Under the pieces are notes generated by a model, which saw nothing but the letters and a program-made list of their open reading frames with translations, made no database searches and was not told where the DNA came from. The position numbers were made by a program, and so were the translations under genes. From Candidatus Omnitrophota bacterium (lineage in GTDB: Bacteria; Omnitrophota; Gorgyraeia; 2-01-FULL-45-10): DNA of 64,000 nt. The DNA lies in the NCBI GenBank assembly GCA_026387175.1, contig JAPLME010000007.1:128487-192486 (forward strand), read 5' to 3'. This document shows, piece by piece, positions 9,117 through 18,384 of this stretch. Numbering within the stretch: position 1 is the first letter of the stretch; each line of letters starts with the position of its first letter.

Positions 9117-9646
9117 GTATTATTCAGGAGGCGCTGGAAAAAGCGCAATCGGATGTAAAGGATGTAAAGCCTGCCGTGCAGGAAATTGCGAAGGCATCCG
9201 GAGTTAAGAAAGCGCCTGTGACTAAAAAGGCGCCTATAGCTAACAAGAGAGCGCTGATGGCGGTTGTGCTTTTAGCTCTTATGACCTTTGCGGTGTTTTC
9301 AGCCGGAAGATTTTTATCAAAGATAGGCGATAGAACGGACAGGACGAGCGCCGCGAACTCGCAGGAAGTCAGCTACAGGCCTCTTGTCAGGGATCAAGCG
9401 AAGAGCCCTAATACTGCCGGCAGTCGGGAACAGATAAGCGTTTCCCCGGAAAACCTGAAGGCGCCGGAGAGCCCGAAGCTCGTTTTAAACGGAATAATGT
9501 ATTTGGATGACGGCCCGAGAGCGATAATAAACAATTTTATAGTAGGATTGGGTGACTCGGTGAGCGGCGCGAAAGTTACCAGGATAAACCGCCAAAGCGT
9601 TATTCTTGAATATCAGAATGTGGAGATAACGCTTAGCTTAAAGTGA
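9113..9646 (+). CDS. ExeB/GspB-like protein
   Basis: MSIIQEALEKAQ start coupled by ATGA; TM; C-terminal LNGIMY...AIIN...GDSV. Confidence 0.8.
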   Translation: MSIIQEALEKAQSDVKDVKPAVQEIAKASGVKKAPVTKKAPIANKRALMAVVLLALMTFAVFSAGRFLSKIGDRTDRTSAANSQEVSYRPLVRDQAKSPNTAGSREQISVSPENLKAPESPKLVLNGIMYLDDGPRAIINNFIVGLGDSVSGAKVTRINRQSVILEYQNVEITLSLK

Positions 9647-10097
9647 GCTCGAGCTTATGGATATTGAAACCGCTTACCGATAGAGTGTCGGTTTCCTTGA
9701 AGCCTTTTTTGATGCATAGCTTCATCGCGTCCGACATCCTGTCGGTGCATCTGAAGCAAATCTTCTTGTAATTATTCTTCCTGCAAAAATCAATCGCTTT
9801 TTCAATGAGTTCCGATCCGTAACCGTGGCGGCGGCGTTTTACATCAACGAACAACCTGCGTAATAAAGCTGTATCGCTGGTCTCCATCTTGACCCCGACG
9901 GTTCCCGCTACCTGGGAGCCTTCATCAATGACAAAGAACGCGTCTTTTTTTCCCCCGTATGTCTCGCCGATCTTTTCCAGATCGCTGTCGGAGTAAGCGG
10001 ACTTATCAAAAGGATATTCTCCGGCGAGTATACCGAGTATCAGTTCTTTTACGCTGTTGGCGTCGCTCTTTTTATATGCTCTTAAAGTATGTTCCAT
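9633..10097 (-). CDS. GNAT family acetyltransferase
   Basis: LRRLFV..RRRHGYGSEL motif A. Confidence 0.88.
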   Translation of the reverse strand: MEHTLRAYKKSDANSVKELILGILAGEYPFDKSAYSDSDLEKIGETYGGKKDAFFVIDEGSQVAGTVGVKMETSDTALLRRLFVDVKRRRHGYGSELIEKAIDFCRKNNYKKICFRCTDRMSDAMKLCIKKGFKETDTLSVSGFNIHKLELTLS

Positions 10098-10120
10098 AGT
10101 TCGAGTCCTCCGGTAAGAAT

Positions 10121-11215
10121 TTAGATTTTAATATAGCCTTTCAAGGCGTTGCGTATGACCGAACCGGCCACACCATCAACCACTCTAGCGCTGCCTATCC
10201 TGCTTGCCAGAATGAAACGGTTCCTGCCGTCCGCAAATTTCTTATCATGAAGATGGGCCTCATAAACCTTCGAGATCGCCAGTCCTTTTATTGAGACGGG
10301 CAGTCCGACTTTCTTGATGAGCCTCTCCACCCTATCGGCTTCCGATTCTTTGATAAGTCCAAGATCGGAGGCTATGCGGCCTGCCGCCAGCATGCCTATT
10401 GCTATCGCCTCCCCGTGTCCGTATCTGTCGGAGTAACCGGCTGCCGCTTCTACGGCATGTCCTATGGTGTGCCCGTAATTTAATACGGCCCTGACGCGTT
10501 TTCTGTCGAGTTCGTCTTTGGCTACGATGTCGGATTTGATCTTGCCGGATCTCGACACTATGTACTCAAGCGCGCCTTCTTCAAGCTTCATTATTCTTTT
10601 GTAATTTGATTCAAGGTACCCGAATAGCGCGGCATCTTTTATGACGCCGTATTTTATTATTTCGGCGAGACCATTTCGTATCTGTCTGACTGAAAGCGTC
10701 CGCATAGCCGACACATCGGATATAACCGCTTTTGGCTGATAAAAAGAGCCGACCAGGTTCTTTGCTACGTCCAGGTCCACGCCCACTTTTCCGCCTATCG
10801 AGGAGTCCACCTGCGCCAGTAGTGTCGTGGGTATCTGCACATAAGGGACGCCTCTCTTATATATAGAGGCGACGAAACCCGCAAGATCTCCTACGACCCC
10901 GCCGCCTAGAGCTATTATGAAGATGCGCTTATTGAGGTCATAGCGGCTTAACCTGTTCAATACGTCTGAGGCAACGGATAGAGATTTTGCCTTCTCAGAA
11001 TCGGCTATAAACTCGAAATGCGCTGTGAAGGAATTTCGCTTAAGGGTCTTTTCGATGGCACGCTTATAGAGAGCCGCTACACGGCGGTTTGTGATGACTA
11101 CGGCGTCCGATCCGACATCAAGATTTTTAAGTATGCGTCCGCACTTACCGATCAGGCCGCGGCCTATCAGTATATCATACGAGCGCTCTCCGAGCCGGAC
11201 TCTTATTTTCTTCAT
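10121..11215 (-). CDS. aroB: 3-dehydroquinate synthase
   Basis: ALGGGVVGDLAGF, PTTLLAQVDSSIGGK, LNYGHTIGHA. Confidence 0.97.
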   Translation of the reverse strand: MKKIRVRLGERSYDILIGRGLIGKCGRILKNLDVGSDAVVITNRRVAALYKRAIEKTLKRNSFTAHFEFIADSEKAKSLSVASDVLNRLSRYDLNKRIFIIALGGGVVGDLAGFVASIYKRGVPYVQIPTTLLAQVDSSIGGKVGVDLDVAKNLVGSFYQPKAVISDVSAMRTLSVRQIRNGLAEIIKYGVIKDAALFGYLESNYKRIMKLEEGALEYIVSRSGKIKSDIVAKDELDRKRVRAVLNYGHTIGHAVEAAAGYSDRYGHGEAIAIGMLAAGRIASDLGLIKESEADRVERLIKKVGLPVSIKGLAISKVYEAHLHDKKFADGRNRFILASRIGSARVVDGVAGSVIRNALKGYIKI

Positions 11216-11229
11216 AGAGGATGATGAAA

Positions 11230-11550
11230 TTATTTTGCCGTCTTCTTGGCATCACTGCCGGCAGCCGGTTTCACCGGGCCTTTAGCCGGAGCGGTCTTTT
11301 CGGCAGAAGCGCCCGTGGCTGCGCCCGGAGCCGCCGGTGCGGCCGCGCCTTCGGCAGCGGTTTCGGTTGCGGCCGCCTTCTCTTTTTTAACTTTGAACTT
11401 AACTATCTTGATCTTGGGCAATTTATATACAGAATCTTTTTCCGTCCACTTATCTTTATCCTTCAGTATCTTTACTCTCTCGTATCTTTTTAGAACTGAT
11501 CTTTGCGCTTTATCTTTATCCGACGAGCGCAGGCTTGGATGCTGTGACAT
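11230..11550 (-). CDS. small basic protein (TIGR04137-like) with Ala/Lys-rich tail
   Basis: MSQHPSL...RSVLKRYERVKIL...W....SVYKLPKIK. Confidence 0.8.
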   Translation of the reverse strand: MSQHPSLRSSDKDKAQRSVLKRYERVKILKDKDKWTEKDSVYKLPKIKIVKFKVKKEKAAATETAAEGAAAPAAPGAATGASAEKTAPAKGPVKPAAGSDAKKTAK

Positions 11551-11558
11551 ACTTCCTC

Positions 11559-11610
11559 CTAGTTTATTCAGTCGTATTGCAGGCTAAGTGCCGATATCTC
11601 TGATATCGGC
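11559..11610 (-). repeat. 52-bp SD-associated repeat, copy 2
   Basis: ctagtttattcagtcgtattgcaggctaagtgccgatatctctgatatcggc. Confidence 0.95.
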
Positions 11611-11626
11611 CCGTTTATCCTTCAAC

Positions 11627-12250
11627 TTACCTTGGTTTAAGCATTGCGTCTTTGTAAATGCTTTTTACTCTGGCCAGGTCTCTCTCGGCTTCGGCACTGT
11701 TAGCGTAGATCCCAACGCATACTCTATAGTAAAACTGACTGTACGTTACAGCGGCGTTAAGGCCCTGCCGGGCCAGTACCGCGCAAGCGGCCTCGGCATT
11801 CTCCCGCTTGGTGAATGTGCCGGCGAGTATTGTGAAAGGCTTAGAGGCCTTACCGATGGCCGCTGTTTTTGCCTGCTCTTGAATTATCTGCCTGGCAGGC
11901 GCCATATTCTTCGCGGCAGGAACTATAGGCGCCGTATTCAATATGTTCTTAGCCGGAATGGTGGCCGGGCGGTTCTGCTGGGCCTGGGAGACAGGAGGTG
12001 ATGGCAGAGGTTTCGTTACTTGAGCGCCGGTCGTGTCCGCGCGGGACTTCCCGCTTTCGACGCCCAAAGCATACACTACCACCATCACCATCATTATCCC
12101 TATTGAAATGAATACCAGCTTCTCCAGGCTGATAGTGATGGCGACCCTGCCTTCGAAATCAGCTTTTGGCAGCATGTCCGACAGGCGCGAAAAAGATCTT
12201 TTTGGCTGTTCAAACTCAAACAGTTTTTTTTGGTACTTTTCCTCTTCCAT
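11627..12250 (-). CDS. SPOR domain protein
   Basis: TM, Pro/Ala linker, C-terminal FTILAGTF...YYRVCVG.Y...AEA. Confidence 0.85.
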   Translation of the reverse strand: MEEEKYQKKLFEFEQPKRSFSRLSDMLPKADFEGRVAITISLEKLVFISIGIMMVMVVVYALGVESGKSRADTTGAQVTKPLPSPPVSQAQQNRPATIPAKNILNTAPIVPAAKNMAPARQIIQEQAKTAAIGKASKPFTILAGTFTKRENAEAACAVLARQGLNAAVTYSQFYYRVCVGIYANSAEAERDLARVKSIYKDAMLKPR

Positions 12251-12313
12251 AGCTCCGGTCTAATTTTTGCGTATTATAACATACAATTTTTGAAAAAGCA
12301 ATTATGATAGGCT

Positions 12314-12523
12314 GCGAAAATATCTTATAAGCATCTCAATCTGGCGTTTACTTTCGGTCAATGCTTCCGCTTGCCGCTCGCTCGGAATAGGCTTCCTCGC
12401 TCGCTGTTGCTAAAATTCCGATGGTGAAGCCTGGACCGCCTGTAGGTATCGGAATTTTAGAAAGTCGCTCCAGCATCGCCCGAAAGTTCCGCCATCTGAC
12501 GATAGCTGGAGAGATATTTTCGC
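12314..12523. other. ~210-nt nested inverted-repeat intergenic element (MITE-like or ncRNA)
   Basis: 12-bp terminal IR GCGAAAATATCT/AGATATTTTCGC; nested TGGCG/CGCCA, ACTTTCGG/CCGAAAGT, ATGCT/AGCAT; 13-bp CTAAAATTCCGAT/ATCGGAATTTTAG. Confidence 0.65.
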
Positions 12524-12561
12524 CTCCGCCCCGCAAGGGACTAACTCGAAAATTAAAAATC

Positions 12562-13260
12562 TTACTGCTTGACTCCAATGTTGAGCCTGAAGAGCTTGCC
12601 GGTCACCTTGATAGAGGGTTTTGACAGATCGCCTTCAAGTTTTAATGCAAGACTCTTCCATCCATCAGCTTCACCCTTTAGCGCCATGCTTGTTAATTCA
12701 GCCGGTATTTTGCCGGATAAACCTTTCGCAAAATATATCGTTATATCGGCGTTGATAATGTTGCCGTTTGTTAAGGTGCCGTCGAATGAAAACCTGATCT
12801 CGTCGCCTGAAGCCAGAAAGTCTTTTAAGCTTATGCCGTTTTTTATCATACTGATCTTGCCCGAGACGGTCTTATATTTTAACAGGCCGCTGAATGGCGC
12901 AGCTAGAAGGTCATCGATATTATTGTATGAAATCTCTTTCCCTGAACCTTTCTTAATGAACCGGACATCGCTTAAAACAAAATCGGCCGTGGCTTCAAGC
13001 GGGGACGGTTTATCAAATACCAGTTTTATGCTGGCTCCGGATGACGATAATCCGATCCCTTGATCGTGCCGGGCGGCTTTCAGATCCTTAAATATGAACT
13101 CCGTAAAACCGCCGGCGATGGCCTGTCTGTACGAAATATCTATATTGTTCGATCTGGCGAATATGAATGCGGCTATCTGGGCGTAAAAGACGGCGATGCA
13201 GGCTATTGATAGCGATAAAAAAATAACGGCTGTAAATATCATCTTTTTCGTATGTCCCAT
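12562..13260 (-). CDS. hypothetical membrane-anchored beta-rich protein (GspN/AsmA-like, uncertain)
   Basis: GGAGG SD before the ATG at 13260; N-terminal TM; C-terminal LKLEGDLSKPSI. Confidence 0.6.
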   Translation of the reverse strand: MGHTKKMIFTAVIFLSLSIACIAVFYAQIAAFIFARSNNIDISYRQAIAGGFTEFIFKDLKAARHDQGIGLSSSGASIKLVFDKPSPLEATADFVLSDVRFIKKGSGKEISYNNIDDLLAAPFSGLLKYKTVSGKISMIKNGISLKDFLASGDEIRFSFDGTLTNGNIINADITIYFAKGLSGKIPAELTSMALKGEADGWKSLALKLEGDLSKPSIKVTGKLFRLNIGVKQ

Positions 13261-13262
13261 CC

Positions 13263-16200
13263 TCACCTCCAGCATATGTTATCGAAATCGCATTTCGCGC
13301 AAATATTCTCATCGCGCGTTTTCAATTTTTCAAATCTCAACTTCTTTATATCGCTCCATACATCTTTTATGATCCCCTCAAGCTCGGCGACCATCTCATC
13401 CGTGATGTAGACCGATTTTGATATGTAGTCGCCTTTTTTTAATGATGAACGCGCTATATTTGCCGATACGGGTTCGATGAATACCAGCGTCAGGCTGGCC
13501 GCCTTCCTTCCCCTAGATTCTTTCCTGTCCCTCTCGAATAATAATTTATACGCGGCCAGCTGCCTTAAATATCCGTCACAATCCGCGCTTGCCAGATCTT
13601 TCGACTGATCGATATTCTTTATATGATTGTCGGGCTTGCCCGTCTTATAGTCCAGTATCCTCACTAAACCTTTATCCTCATCTTCCCACTCGACTTTGTC
13701 GTATTTGCCCGTGAAGATTATATTGTCGCCTATGGTTATCATAAGCTTCTTTTCCAGGTCTATAGGCACTACGGGGTGCATAGATTCGCGGTCGAACCAG
13801 CCTTTCAATGTCTTCATTTTATTGAGACAGTCGTTCTCCATCGATTTATCGACCCCCTGAAATTTAAGCTCCCGCCTGAAAGCGTCCTGGAAAAATTTCA
13901 GAGATGGGAAGACGCGCTTATCCATGTACTCCCTGTATGTTTCTTCCAGGGCCTTATGCACGCAATTACCGAAGACGAGGCTTTTCTTTTTTTGCCCGGG
14001 AAGCTTCAGTATGTCGTCGTAGAGAAATTTTCTCCTGCAGGTTATATAGTTATTCAGCCGGGTGGGGTTAAGGGTCAGGCTGGAGATCATATCTTTAAGA
14101 ACCTCGTCTGTGCCTATAAACGGGTCCTCAAGGTCTGTAATCTTGAGCGACTTGCCTACCAGGGTTTCCTCATCCTCGCCCTGGCCCTTCGCGCCGTCTT
14201 TAGAAATACCGAGTTTATCAAGATACGAAGATGAGATATTATCTTCCGAGGGGCTCGCTGTGAATATCAGGTCCGATTTAGCGCGAGTCATGGCGACATA
14301 AAAAAGGCGCGTCTCATCCTGCAGTGAAAGCTTCTTTAAAGCGTCTTTATCCGGATACTCTCTCTTATTCTTAAAAAGGTCGAACGGCAGCGGGATCTTA
14401 TCGGGGAACGCCCGCGCGGGCCAATTCTTATTTTGAAGGCAGAAAGGTATCATAACGGAACGGAATTCCAGGCCCTTGGACCCATGCGCGGTATATACCC
14501 TGACGCCCTCTTGAGTCAGCGTTACCAGGTCCCCCTGGATCGGGATGCCGTGGTTTTTCCTGGTCTCTATTTCGCTCAGAAATTCGCCCAGCCTTATCGC
14601 AGGATCGGCCAAGTCGCTTCTCTTCACCATATTTATGAACGATCCTATGCTCCTGAGCTGCCTTATCCTCAATATGCCGTTATCGGAATACTCCTTCAGG
14701 ATATATTTATAGATGCCGGCGTCTTTTATGAAATTGATAAGCAGTGTATGCACCGGTATGTCGTAAGCGTCTCTGAGTAACCGTTTAACGGCTTCGAACG
14801 CGCGCCTTGACTTTTCCGGCGAGGCTAATCTTAAATCATCTTTTTCCGATGAAAAATAGGAGAGGAACTCCGTCAGGAGCGTCTTACTCCCTGGCGCCCT
14901 TTTCCTTTTTTCGTAAGCGTAATTTATAAACCTGAGCAGGTCCGCCTGCGGTATCCGGAAGTAGTCCGCGGCGAGGACCTTATAGAGCGCGGTATCTTTT
15001 GATTCCGTATCTATTGGGTCTATGTGCGCAAGCTGTAATACGTCCAGAAGCTGTCCGACGCGTTTCTCCTGGCCGATATCCTCTTTGCCGTCTGTGGCAT
15101 AGGGTATGCCTTGGCGCAGAAAGGCGTCTATTATTTTCAGTATATGGTCCCGTTTTCTCACCAGGACGGCTATACCGTTATAAGGGTGCTTGCGCTCTTC
15201 GGCGCTTAAGGCGGCATCGCTCTCGGCCCTGGCCTTGAGTTCCTTAACTCTGTCGGTTATATAGAGCAATTCCTCCTCTTCTGTAGAGAACTCCCTATAG
15301 GTAAGCTCTTTATCCTTGAAGCGCCTGACACTATTAAGCGTCTTATCCGCTACCCGTATATCCAGAAGATGCGATATCTTTCCGGAAGCAGCTATCAGGT
15401 CACCTGAGGAGCGGTAATTATCCGTCAGGAAGACCTTCTCTATAGCGGGGAACCTCTCTTCCAGTCTTTTAAAATTATCTATATTCGCGCCCTGGAAGCG
15501 GTATATCGACTGGTCGTCATCGCCCACGCAGCAAATGTTGGCCTTGGCGCCTTCGGCCAGTTCGAAGAGCAGGTCAAGCTGCGCGCCGTTTGTGTCCTGG
15601 TATTCATCGACCATAATGTATTTATAGCGATCCCTATATTCTTTGCGCAAGTTCTCTTCTTTTCTTATGGCCATGACCGCGAATATGATCATATCATCGA
15701 AATCATATCTCCCGCGCTCATCCAGGAGGCCCTTGGCCCCTGCCTCTTTGATCTCCTCATATCTTTCATATACGATGGAAAGCGCCTTCAGCCTGTTTAT
15801 GTATTTCTCCTCCATCGAAAGGTAATGGCTCTTCTTGTCTTTTAAATAACGTTTAAGGTCCTCCGGCGTCACATCGTCTTTCTTCATATCGCTTATCTTT
15901 TTCAATATATCCTTAAGATATGTATAGGGTGACCTGAACGGCCTGATCTCGTCCAATCCGTCGGTATTATTCAATATATATTCGATCACTTTCACATGCT
16001 CAACCTCATCCATCAGTATCTTATCTCCGATATAGTTGGCGGCCTCTACGGATTCCTGGAGCATCGAATTCGCGAAACTGTGAAATGTGCCCACCTCGAC
16101 ATCGTAGCCGGAAGGGCCTATCACTGACGCGAGCCTCTCCTTCATGGCTTTCGCGGCAGGGTTGGTATATGTGAGTATGAGTATATTCTCCGGACGGATA

Positions 16201-16355
16201 TCGGTCTTTCGGAGGATCGACGCAGCCCTCACCGAAAGCAGCTGGGTCTTGCCTGTGCCGGGACCGGCGAGCACAAGAAGAGGTCCCTCTATGGTATCGA
16301 CGGCGATCTTCTGCTTCGTATTCAATTGTTCGTAAAATTTCAAATTAGTCTCCAT
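13263..16355 (-). CDS. UvrD/AddA-like helicase fused to a PD-(D/E)XK nuclease with Fe-S staple
   Basis: AGPGTGKT, VDEYQD, VGDDDQSIY, RLFYVAMTRA; GKYDKV..ILDYKTG; C...CxxCxxxxxC. Confidence 0.92.
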   Translation of the reverse strand: METNLKFYEQLNTKQKIAVDTIEGPLLVLAGPGTGKTQLLSVRAASILRKTDIRPENILILTYTNPAAKAMKERLASVIGPSGYDVEVGTFHSFANSMLQESVEAANYIGDKILMDEVEHVKVIEYILNNTDGLDEIRPFRSPYTYLKDILKKISDMKKDDVTPEDLKRYLKDKKSHYLSMEEKYINRLKALSIVYERYEEIKEAGAKGLLDERGRYDFDDMIIFAVMAIRKEENLRKEYRDRYKYIMVDEYQDTNGAQLDLLFELAEGAKANICCVGDDDQSIYRFQGANIDNFKRLEERFPAIEKVFLTDNYRSSGDLIAASGKISHLLDIRVADKTLNSVRRFKDKELTYREFSTEEEELLYITDRVKELKARAESDAALSAEERKHPYNGIAVLVRKRDHILKIIDAFLRQGIPYATDGKEDIGQEKRVGQLLDVLQLAHIDPIDTESKDTALYKVLAADYFRIPQADLLRFINYAYEKRKRAPGSKTLLTEFLSYFSSEKDDLRLASPEKSRRAFEAVKRLLRDAYDIPVHTLLINFIKDAGIYKYILKEYSDNGILRIRQLRSIGSFINMVKRSDLADPAIRLGEFLSEIETRKNHGIPIQGDLVTLTQEGVRVYTAHGSKGLEFRSVMIPFCLQNKNWPARAFPDKIPLPFDLFKNKREYPDKDALKKLSLQDETRLFYVAMTRAKSDLIFTASPSEDNISSSYLDKLGISKDGAKGQGEDEETLVGKSLKITDLEDPFIGTDEVLKDMISSLTLNPTRLNNYITCRRKFLYDDILKLPGQKKKSLVFGNCVHKALEETYREYMDKRVFPSLKFFQDAFRRELKFQGVDKSMENDCLNKMKTLKGWFDRESMHPVVPIDLEKKLMITIGDNIIFTGKYDKVEWEDEDKGLVRILDYKTGKPDNHIKNIDQSKDLASADCDGYLRQLAAYKLLFERDRKESRGRKAASLTLVFIEPVSANIARSSLKKGDYISKSVYITDEMVAELEGIIKDVWSDIKKLRFEKLKTRDENICAKCDFDNICWR

Positions 16356-16383
16356 AACGTGCGGATAGCGAGGTAAGGAAAGT

Positions 16384-16650
16384 TTAAGCAGGTTTTTTCT
16401 TAAGCAGCTTACCTATCTTCGATATAAGCTTGGCATCGCGCGTGTAGCTGTACCCTGTGGTGGACGTCGCGCGATGGGCAACGAGGATATCAAAGGATGT
16501 CAGGTCTTCAAGGGCTCTCTTGACTTTGCTCCTGTCTTCACCGATCCAGGCGGCGACTCCGCGCGGCGTATCTATCGATGCCTGGTTCTCGTGAAAAAAC
16601 TTTACTATTTTCAACCGTATGCCGCTCACCAGCGCTTTATTTAGATCCAT
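16384..16650 (-). CDS. small winged-HTH-like protein
   Basis: IVKFFHEN..SIDT.RGVAAWIG....V..AL..L; overlaps the HD-GYP stop. Confidence 0.65.
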   Translation of the reverse strand: MDLNKALVSGIRLKIVKFFHENQASIDTPRGVAAWIGEDRSKVKRALEDLTSFDILVAHRATSTTGYSYTRDAKLISKIGKLLKKKPA

Positions 16651-18160
16651 GCAGTTCTTTCTTAAGGATACCCCTTATATCTTTTTTAGCCATTACTTTT
16701 AAGAATGCGTTTACGACTTTTGGATCGAATTGCGTTCCCGAGTTACTTGATATCTCTTCGACGGCTTCGTCAATTGACTTAGCGACACGGTAAGGCCTCT
16801 TAGTGATCATGGATTCGAATGCGCTCACCACGGCCATTATCCTTGCGCCGAGCGGTATCTGGTCCCGCTTGAGCCCCTTAGGATAGCCCGTGCCGTCATA
16901 ATTCTCATGGTGGTACATTATTATGGGGGTGACGGATTTGAGGGCCTTCATATGTTTTATTATCTCGACGCCTGCGGCGGGATGGGCTTTCACCATCTCG
17001 TACTCTTTACCCGTAAGCTTTGAGGGCTTCGCCAGCACGGCCTTTGGGACGAATACTTCGCCCGCATCGTGCAGCACGCATGCGTATTCCAGGCTCTTCA
17101 GCGAGCCGATGTCCACATGCAGCTCCTGTCCCATAAATAGCGCCAGCTTTACAAGGGATACCCTGGGCACATAGGTGCCCGGAGACCTGGTATCAAGCAC
17201 TTTGGCGAGAGCCTTGATGGCGCCCATCGTAAGCTTCTCCTGCTCTTTGTAGAGCTGGGCGTTCTTTATGGCTATGACCGCCTGCTCCGCCAGCGTCGAC
17301 ATTATCTCCTGATCGAATGCGGTGAAAGGCTTTTTATCGATCTTGTCATATAGCGTTATGACGCCGATCACGTCTTCGTCTATCAGGGGAGTGGCCAGAT
17401 AATCGCGGCCCCGTACGGGCCTGCCGTATTTGAAGGCCTTGCCCGGAGCCCACATGCCTACCTTTACTTTTTTCAGGCGGATCTTCTTTGCCCGTAAATC
17501 TACCGTGACTTTAGGAAGGAGAACCTTTCGCTTTGAATCCACAAGCTTTACCGAACAGCGCTGAGATCTCATTATCTGCAGAGAGAGCCTCGCGATGCGC
17601 GGCAAGAGCTCTCCCAGATCCAGCGTTGAGCTTATCAGGCGATGGACCGTATGGACCGTCGACAGGGCTATGGCTCTGGGCCTGAGCGTTTCGTATAACT
17701 TTGACAGCTCGATCTCCTTCTGGACCTCTTTCACTATAGTGTCCGCGAATGCGGGGAATATCTGCAGCGTCTCAGGGGAAACGTCTTTTTTGGAATAACA
17801 GGCGCCGATATACCCGTAGATCTTGTCACCTTGTATTATCGGAAAAACGAATCCGTGAAATCCGCCTGCGCATTCGAAGCTTAAGAGCTTCTTAAGTTCG
17901 GTGGATTTTTTTATTACTTCGGAAAGGCGAGTAAAGCAAATGTATCTTTTTTCTGAAAAGATTTTTTTGGAATTAGGGCAATTCTCCGATAACAAGCTTT
18001 CGATCTCTCTTGGTTTCGGATTAGCTTTGTCAATAATCCACCAGAAAGCAGGTTTCATGATGCCCCCGAAACACTCCTCCGCCCGCTTCAGGCTTATGCT
18101 TTTCCGTAACCGCTCGAATAGTTCGTCTTGGTACGAACTTTGGCTTTTAGCTTGTTCCAT
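16637..18160 (-). CDS. PocR-like/GAF/HD-GYP protein (degenerate metal site)
   Basis: FECAGGFHGFVFPI (PocR-like), GAF (IGVITLYDK..PF...D), LHDAG, HHENYDGTGYP, GTQFDP. Confidence 0.85.
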   Translation of the reverse strand: MEQAKSQSSYQDELFERLRKSISLKRAEECFGGIMKPAFWWIIDKANPKPREIESLLSENCPNSKKIFSEKRYICFTRLSEVIKKSTELKKLLSFECAGGFHGFVFPIIQGDKIYGYIGACYSKKDVSPETLQIFPAFADTIVKEVQKEIELSKLYETLRPRAIALSTVHTVHRLISSTLDLGELLPRIARLSLQIMRSQRCSVKLVDSKRKVLLPKVTVDLRAKKIRLKKVKVGMWAPGKAFKYGRPVRGRDYLATPLIDEDVIGVITLYDKIDKKPFTAFDQEIMSTLAEQAVIAIKNAQLYKEQEKLTMGAIKALAKVLDTRSPGTYVPRVSLVKLALFMGQELHVDIGSLKSLEYACVLHDAGEVFVPKAVLAKPSKLTGKEYEMVKAHPAAGVEIIKHMKALKSVTPIIMYHHENYDGTGYPKGLKRDQIPLGARIMAVVSAFESMITKRPYRVAKSIDEAVEEISSNSGTQFDPKVVNAFLKVMAKKDIRGILKKELHGSK

Positions 18161-18207
18161 AAGTATTTTTATTATAAAACTTTACAGAGAAGGCTGTCAA
18201 TCTCTAT

Positions 18208-18384
18208 TTAAAATTTGCTGTTCAGGCTTGCCACGCCGAGGTCCTCTATGGATGCGGTGGTATTTTTGCCTATTACGAGGCCTCCGTCTTTCAGGGGAAT
18301 TTTAGCGCAGGAAGCGCAAAAGAATAGCAAGAGGCAGGCCGCTGCCGATATCTTGGCGATGTCAAAAACCTTACACTCTTTCAT
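18208..18384 (-). CDS. small putative lipoprotein
   Basis: Hydrophobic stretch plus CASC lipobox; overlaps the end of the dGTPase gene; start uncertain. Confidence 0.45.
   Translation of the reverse strand: MKECKVFDIAKISAAACLLLFFCASCAKIPLKDGGLVIGKNTTASIEDLGVASLNSKF

Noticed and set aside
12348-12624. 76-aa and 67-aa ORFs, or tmRNA/RNase P, in this gap
   Set aside because: The ORFs lack an RBS and recognisable motifs and overlap the palindromic element; no tRNA-like GGGG/TCCACCA ends or RNase P GAGGAAAGTCC motif.
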